A stretch of DNA of 64,000 nt from positions 23,870,001 to 23,934,000 of the forward strand of contig OZ024764.1 in the NCBI GenBank assembly GCA_964016885.1, written 5' to 3'. The position numbers and the translations under genes were made by a program. The notes below the pieces were generated by a model. That model saw only the letters and a list, made by a program, of their open reading frames with translations. It searched no databases and was not told the origin of the DNA. This DNA is from Eledone cirrhosa (lineage: Eukaryota). Shown in pieces: positions 57,419-64,000 of this stretch. Within the stretch, counting starts at the first letter, position 1. Every line of letters starts with the position of its first letter.

Positions 57419-57547
57419 TCTCTCTCTTTCTATCTCTCTCACTCTCTCTCACTCACTCTCTCTCCCTCCCTCTCTCACTCTCATTTCAGCTTGCTTATTT
57501 AGAAACACTAAATTCAAAACATATTTGTTATATATATATATCTATAT

Positions 57548-60522
57548 AATAATAATGATAATAATAATAATGAAATTGTGTACAGTGCTCAGGTGCACTA
57601 CAACTCGTCAAAGGTGTATGCATAGTACATATAATAATATACACATGTCAGGGAAGTGAACAGTGTATGAGTCATGATATACGTGTGTGTATGTGTATGG
57701 AGGGGGAACATTAGGTGTAGTGTTGGCGAATCTTGGGAAGCATGGAGGCCTTAAAGGATGCAGTGTCTCGACAACTAACAACTGATGCAGGTAGTTTGTT
57801 CCATGGAGGTTTTAAAGGATGCAGTGTCTCCACAGCTAACAACTGATGCAGGTAGTTTGTTCCATGGAGGTTTTAAAGGATGCAGTGTCTCCACAGCTAA
57901 CAACTGATGCAGGTAGTTTGTTCCATGGAGGTTTTAAAGGATGCAGTGTCTCCACAGCTAACAACAGATGCAGGTAGTTTGTTCCATGCTTCAGCAACTC
58001 TGAGCGTGAAGAAATGTTTCCGAAAGTCATGGGAACTGTGCTGTTTTCTGACTTTGTGGGCATGTCCACATGTGTTAGACACATGGAAATCAAAAAGGTA
58101 CTCAGGGTTGCTGTTGGCAAGATGGTCAACAATTTTGTGGGTGTTTACCAAGTCAGTTGCCAGGCGTCGGAGCTTCAATGTATCCATGCCCAGGGAAGCA
58201 AGGCGTTCAGAGTATGGTAGATGCCTGATAAAGGGTTTTCGCTTGGTTGCACATCTCTGAACAGTTTCCAGGTGGTCAATGTTCTGAGCAAGATAGGGGT
58301 TCCAGACTGGTGATGCAAATTCTAAGTGTGGCCGCACCATAGCTATATACAGCCTTAAATATATAACTGGAGAGCGGCTGACAAAGGTCTTGCTGAGTGA
58401 TGCTAAGACACCCTCGGCCCTCAATTTTAGAGACGTGCTGACCGTAATGCCCAGGTCACATTCACAAGAAGACTTCTTGATATTAGTGCTGTGGAGGGAG
58501 TATGTGGATGCTGGGTTTTTACTCCCAAAATGCATGGTGGTGCACTTGTCCACAGCTAGCTTGAGTTGCCAGTCTGAGATCCATTGTTGCATTGTGTCCA
58601 GGTCAGACTGCAAGCAAGATCTATAGTGTTCAGGATCTGTCCTTTTTATCTCAAGGTACAGCTTGATGTCATCTGCGTACTTTAGTACTGTGGCATTCTT
58701 TAAGTTGGCATCTATGTCATTAATATATGCCACAAACAAAAGGGGGCCAAGAACAGATCCCTGTGGTACACCAGATGACATCTCATATGGTGAGGAATGC
58801 TGTCCCAGAACCGTGACTACCTCTCTTCGACTGAGAATGAAGGACTTCAACCAGTTAAAAAGATCATCCTTCACACCCATTGCAGAGAGTTTTGCCATAA
58901 GCCTTTTGTGTGGCACAGAATTGAAAGCTTTCACAAAGTCAAGGTAAACAACATCCACCCATGAGCCGCCATCAGTGATCCGGGTGATGTCTTCAAGAAA
59001 CTCGATAAGTTGATCACAGCAGCTGGAGTTGGGGATAAATCCGGATAAGATTGTGAGAGTTCCAGAAGTTCCGAAGTGTTTCTCTGACACAGGATTCCAT
59101 CAGTTTGGCAATGCAGCTAGTAAGACTGACTGGGTGATAGTTCACAGGTGATGTGCGGTCACCCTTTTTGAACAGAGGAATGACACTGGCAGTTTTCCAC
59201 TGTTCTGGAGTAGCACCGTTGTTCAGACAGAATTGGAAGAAGCGCGATAGCTGGTGCAGAAGGAAGTACCCACCACCAGAAGCAGATACGTAACACCAAG
59301 ACCAGGAGAGGCATGGTTGCGTTTATTTTTTAGGTGACGTCGCAGCATTCCATGGTTATAATAGAATCCGGTGTCATAGGTGGTGGAGATGGTACACTCT
59401 GGTCTTCAATAGTGAAAATGCCTGCATAGCATTCAGCAATGAGCTCTGCGCATTCCTTGGGGTCATCAGTAACCTGGCTTGTGTGGGGATTGTGAAGAGG
59501 ACCAACTGGAGAGTGGAGCCTCTGCTTTGAGTGAACATACTTCCAGAACACCTTACTGTCAGGGCTAGTTGCTATGTGCTGCTCAAATTGAAGCACTGTC
59601 TTTTTTGTCACCTGTTTGAGGTGGTTGGATGATTTATTTCGCCTCTTCCTATTGATGTCTGATTTGTGCAGTTTGTACTCACGTTCAGCATTGCGCCGTT
59701 CTTTTCTGGCAAGACGGACTGCTGCAGTCTCCCAAATTGCACTTTTGGGATGTTTTTTTCCACTTACGTGGCACCGATGCTGCACATGCTGTCCATATTG
59801 AGCTCAGGATGTTCTGGAGTACAGTGTTGACATCTCCAGAGTCGTAGAACTCAAGCCAGTTTGGACGTTGCAGCTCGGTGCAGTAATAGATTGGCAATGA
59901 TCATAGCATGATCAGAGTCACCTAAAGGTTCCTCAGCAGTAACACTAATGACCGTTTCAGGAGTAGTGGTGAAGAGTAGGTCCAAAGTGTTGTCACCTCT
60001 TGTTGGGGAGGTGACTACTTGGGACCAATTCGAGTCCAGCACTAGTTCCAGGAAGTCATTTTCACTTGGCGGCCAACAAAAGGTTTCCCAGTCAATCTCA
60101 GGGTGATTGAAGTCTCCTGCAATAAAAACATAAGTGGCCGTTTTCCTGGCAGCAGCTCTGAGGATATCACAAAGTTGAGTGTCCTGATGGTAATTTGGGG
60201 GACGGTAAACGACTCCAAGTAGCAGTGTTGACATGGTCATACGTATATCGCAGAAAAAAACTTCCTGCTGCGATTGGTTCCAATCAACACAAGGAATTGC
60301 CGACAAATTTGACCGAACGTAGACCATTACACCACCACCACCACGAAGATTAATGCGGTCTTTACGAAACAAGTTGTAGCCAGTTATGCTGAAAACCCTA
60401 TCACAGAGTAAGGGATGTGCCCAAGTTTCTGTGACTGTGATGAAGTCAGGGTTGATACTTTTGACGTAGGAGTCAAAAAGATGAATCTTATTGCATAGAC
60501 TACGTGCATTCAAGGACAACAA
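57548..60522 (-). mobile_element. Degenerate CR1/L2-type LINE ORF2 (APE + RT)
   Basis: LNARSL, VTETW, YRPP, AGDFNH, SDH; YLDFVKAFNSV, GVPQGSVLGP, YADD; frameshifted; 4 x 61-bp duplication at 57741-57985. Confidence 0.92.
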
Positions 60523-60627
60523 TTTGTACCTTGATTCCAGTCTATGATTATGTGCAGGGGATGGCAGGCTGTTCTGATTTAGTTTCCCAGAGTTTTTTCA
60601 GTTTTTTTATTGTCAGTTGTTGTGGGT

Positions 60628-60686
<59 letters not shown>

Positions 60687-60689
<3 letters not shown>

Positions 60690-62915
60690 TCATCATCTTC
60701 GTTTAACGTCCATTTTCCACGCTAGCATGGGTTAGACGGGAGTTGTCCCACTTGAGGCAAGGCTGGTCGGGTGACCGTGTCTTGCTCATGTAGGACTATC
60801 TGGCAGGTTTTCTACAGCTGGATGCCCTTCCTAACACCAACCACATTTACAGTGTGGAACTGGGAACTTTTTACCGTGCTACCTACACGGCCACATTACA
60901 GCGTGGACTGTGTGTTTTTTTTTTTTTGTCGTGACACCTACACGATCTCGATCTCATTTTCTCATGCTGTTGGTGGGAGTGGGAGGATAGGGTAGGGGTA
61001 GTGGATTGGGGTGTATATTTGGTTAAGAGGTGCCTACTGACTAGGTTTCGCTTTGTACATAGGCAAGGCAGGTCTTCTGTATTACTGCATAGCGCCAAAG
61101 ATCTCGGTCCAGAGACATTGTCTTAGAGAGGTCCAAGTGTGTGAGGTCGGAATTTATTGGATCATCCCAGGTTTTTCTGGGTCTACCTACTCCGTAACTA
61201 CCATCAATTTTGATCGCCCTGCACTTTTTTATGCAGCTGTCGTCTTTCATGCGCATCACGTGGCCATACCAACGCAGTCTTCTCTCAAGTAAACAACATC
61301 TGATCCCTCTTATTCCTAATTTCTCACTTAGTTCATTTATGCTTTGCCGTTCACGTATATTACTATTACACATCCAACGGAGCATGCCTGCTTCGTTCCT
61401 TTCCAGTCTAGGCAGGTCCTCTGCACGCAATGCCCAGGTCTCACTGCCATGTAACATTGCTGTTCGTATACAGGCATCATACAATCTGCCTTTTATTTTT
61501 AGAGAGAAACCTTTTGTGGCCAACAGCAGTATAAGCTCTCTGAACTTTTTCCATCCCATTCTGTCTCTGGCTACTGTACTTTCAGAGCACCCTCCACCAC
61601 TGCTGATTTCGTCACCCAGGTAACGGAAAGTATCTACTATTTCTATAGAACCATCTGGGCAATAGAAGGAGCTAGTATCCTTAGGACACTTGCTACTTAT
61701 TGCACCTGAGCATTGGCCACATATAAAGTCTACCTTCTTAGATAGTTTAACTGTGATCCCACTACATCTTTTATGTACCCATAGTTTGCATTTGGGACAT
61801 AAAATGGAATTTCTGCCTACTCCTTTCCTACACACCGAGCATGGCCATTTCCCTGAGGACACCTGTGCCCTATTTTCCTTTCTACAAACTAGAACTTTAG
61901 TCTTAGACAAGTTAACTTTAAGGCCTTTTGATTCTAGGCCATGCTTCCATGTTTGGAATTTCTTCTCTAGTTCAGCCATTAATTCAGCTATGAGCGTTAG
62001 ATCATCTGCATATAGGAGTTCCCATGGGCAGCCGGTCTTGAACTCCTCTGTTATAGCCTGAAGGGCAATAATAAATAAGAGGGGGCTAAGGACAGAGCCT
62101 TATTGAACGCCAACTTTTACACTAAATTCTTCACAATATTCATTGTTAATTCTAACCTTACTGACTGTTTCTTTATACATAGCTTGTATAGCTCCCACAA
62201 GTCATTCATCTATACCTAGTTTTCTAAGAGCCCACCAGATAATGGAGCAGGGGACTCTGTCAAAGGCTTTCTCCAAGTCAACAAAAGCTAAGTATAGGGG
62301 TTTACTTTTAGCTAGGTACTTCTCTTGTAGTTGTCGTACAATGAAAAGAGCGTCTGTGGTACTTTTACCTGACACAAACCCAAACTGCATTTCATCTAGA
62401 TCAATTCTCTCTCTGATTAGTTGCTCTATAACTCTTTCTGTGACCTTCATGACCTGTTCAACTATCTTAATGCCTCTATAATTTCCCCTATCTAGAGCAT
62501 CCCCTTTACCCTTGTAGCAGTTAATGATGATGCTGCTACGCCAGTCATTTGGTATGACCCAATTCTATATTACTTGGTTAACTATACGGGTGACCATAGT
62601 GTGTCCCACCGATCCAGATGCCTTCAACATCTCAGCACCTATCTCCGAAGGCCCAGCTGCCTTGACTGTCTTCATATCTTTGATTGCCTTACTTATTATA
62701 CTACCTTTAACTTGCACCGCTGGTCCTTCTATTGGTTCGATTTGAGGCAGACTATCTTCTTCCCAGTTATTCTCCTCATTTAATAGCCTCTCGTAGTGAC
62801 ACTTCCAGGCTACCTTCTTATCAGTATCAGTGAGCGCAAGTACACCGTTATCATTACAGGCACACTTCTCCCCGACAATATCCCGGTTTTCCTTGACACA
62901 TTGTCTAGCAATCAT
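60687..62915 (-). mobile_element. 5'-truncated RTE LINE (RT with inserted PHD-like finger) and 3' UTR
   Basis: QFGF, FVDLEKAFDRVP, YADD, KTKVL-[Cys cluster]-FRYLGD, LHGSETW, RWYGHV; (gat)n tail. Confidence 0.92.
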
Positions 62916-62919
62916 ATAT

Positions 62920-63150
62920 ATATAATAAGGAGTTGACGAACCCAGCATATTTATCAATGCCAGGACCAGTTGTATCTCAGAGTACTCAATAGCTGGTGTG
63001 GGATACATTCCCAGAGTATAAACATAGTTATTCACTTCAATACAACACACGTAAAACAGGTGCCTGTAATAGTTCCTGGACTCGAGTTTCGGCAACACTT
63101 GATGCAGCAGTAAGGTGCACTGCACCCTCCGTCTGCACATATGCAACAAT
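62920..63150 (-). mobile_element. Penelope-like 3' end with hammerhead 3' half
   Basis: Minus strand gccGAAAC-tcga-GTCcagga, later attgagtact; bounded by TA runs. Confidence 0.5.
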
Positions 63151-63190
63151 GCATATATATATATATATATTTATATATATGTGTGTGTAT

Positions 63191-63354
63191 CAGGGGTAAC
63201 CACAGTAAGTAAGGTACTCAATGCATAGCAGAGTATAAATATTTATATAGAAATGGCTTCTACAGGACTAGAACTGTTTCATTTGAAGGAAATCACCAGG
63301 AAAGCTTCCTGATGATTTCCTTCGAATGAAACAGTTCTAGTCCTGTAGAAGCCA
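63191..63354. mobile_element. Penelope-like 3' end with terminal fold-back (63254-63354)
   Basis: tggcttctacaggactagaactgtttc...gaaacagttctagtcctgtagaagcca. Confidence 0.7.
63304..63352 (+). ncRNA. Type I hammerhead ribozyme motif
   Basis: gcttc CTGATGA tttccttcgaat GAAA cag-ttctagtc-ctg TA gaagc; U-U mismatch at the base of stem II. Confidence 0.65.
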
Positions 63355-63539
63355 CCCCCACCCCACCCCTCTCTCTCTCTCCACACACACACATATTATG
63401 TAGGGTTATTCTAGCCTCAGTGAAGTGTCTGTGTCTCAAATATTTAAAGCTTTATATATGACTTCTGCCTGGTTGCCCTGAACAATACCGATATCTTGAA
63501 AATTCCTATAATATAGTGAGATTGAGATTCCAACCAGTG

Positions 63540-63952
63540 GTTTTATTACAATTGTATAAATTTACAGTAGAATAACGTTGTAAATATGTTTTAAATATAT
63601 ACATAAATAACATAAGTGTGTAAATAACATTATAAATTGCTGGCAATTCCTTGAGAAAGACATTACAAATATATTGTCTAAACTGTGTATAATAATATAA
63701 TTTATTGAACAATAATGATAAAGGAAAGAAATACACAGTGGGAGATGGCAATTGACCACCAAGTGTGATAATAGGCCACACCTCACACCTTAGGGGTTAA
63801 CTACACACTTTGAGGCAAGCCAACACACTGGCAGCATTACTAAGGTGTTGAAATAACCAGGTACCCTCACGGGTATCACCTGGTACCTCGGTAAGGTGAG
63901 GCTAATGTGCTGAAATAACCAGGTACCCTCACGGGTATCATCTGACACCTCA
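63540..63952 (+). repeat. Duplicate of 1385-1800 (intron of another zinc-finger unit)
   Basis: Near-identical sequence; ORF-track peptides 1377..1625 and 63506..63781 match. Confidence 0.92.
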
Positions 63953-64000
63953 GTATATACTCTATATATACTATTGTATTTTCACAGTAAAGGCTTTACC

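Overview
AT-rich, repeat-dense animal genomic DNA, most likely octopus: the tandem '[12 protein letters not shown]...HTGDKP' C2H2 fingers, RTE/CR1 LINEs, SINEs and long (TA)n tracts all fit. The window holds a tandem cluster of C2H2 zinc-finger genes. Two large finger exons (~7.1-10.1 kb and ~23.7-26.9 kb) are both truncated, and pieces of further duplicated units follow. Between them lie LINE and SINE remnants, DNA-transposon MITEs, a DD37D mariner-type relic, several minisatellites, an 8 kb 40-bp satellite and an assembly gap. Three observations stand out. (1) A series of head-to-head fold-back palindromes built from 3' ends of Penelope-like elements, carrying a GIY-YIG tail and/or minimal hammerhead ribozyme motifs, some folding back inside ribozyme stem II. 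(2) A CR1/L2-type LINE with an intact ORF2 that has no ATG before its endonuclease and overlaps a CCCH-finger ORF1 in the -1 frame across two in-phase slippery heptamers. (3) A 5.6 kb TC...CTAG Helitron-like insertion, defined by an empty paralogous site in the same window. All calls come from reading the sequence by eye; no database search or folding program was run.
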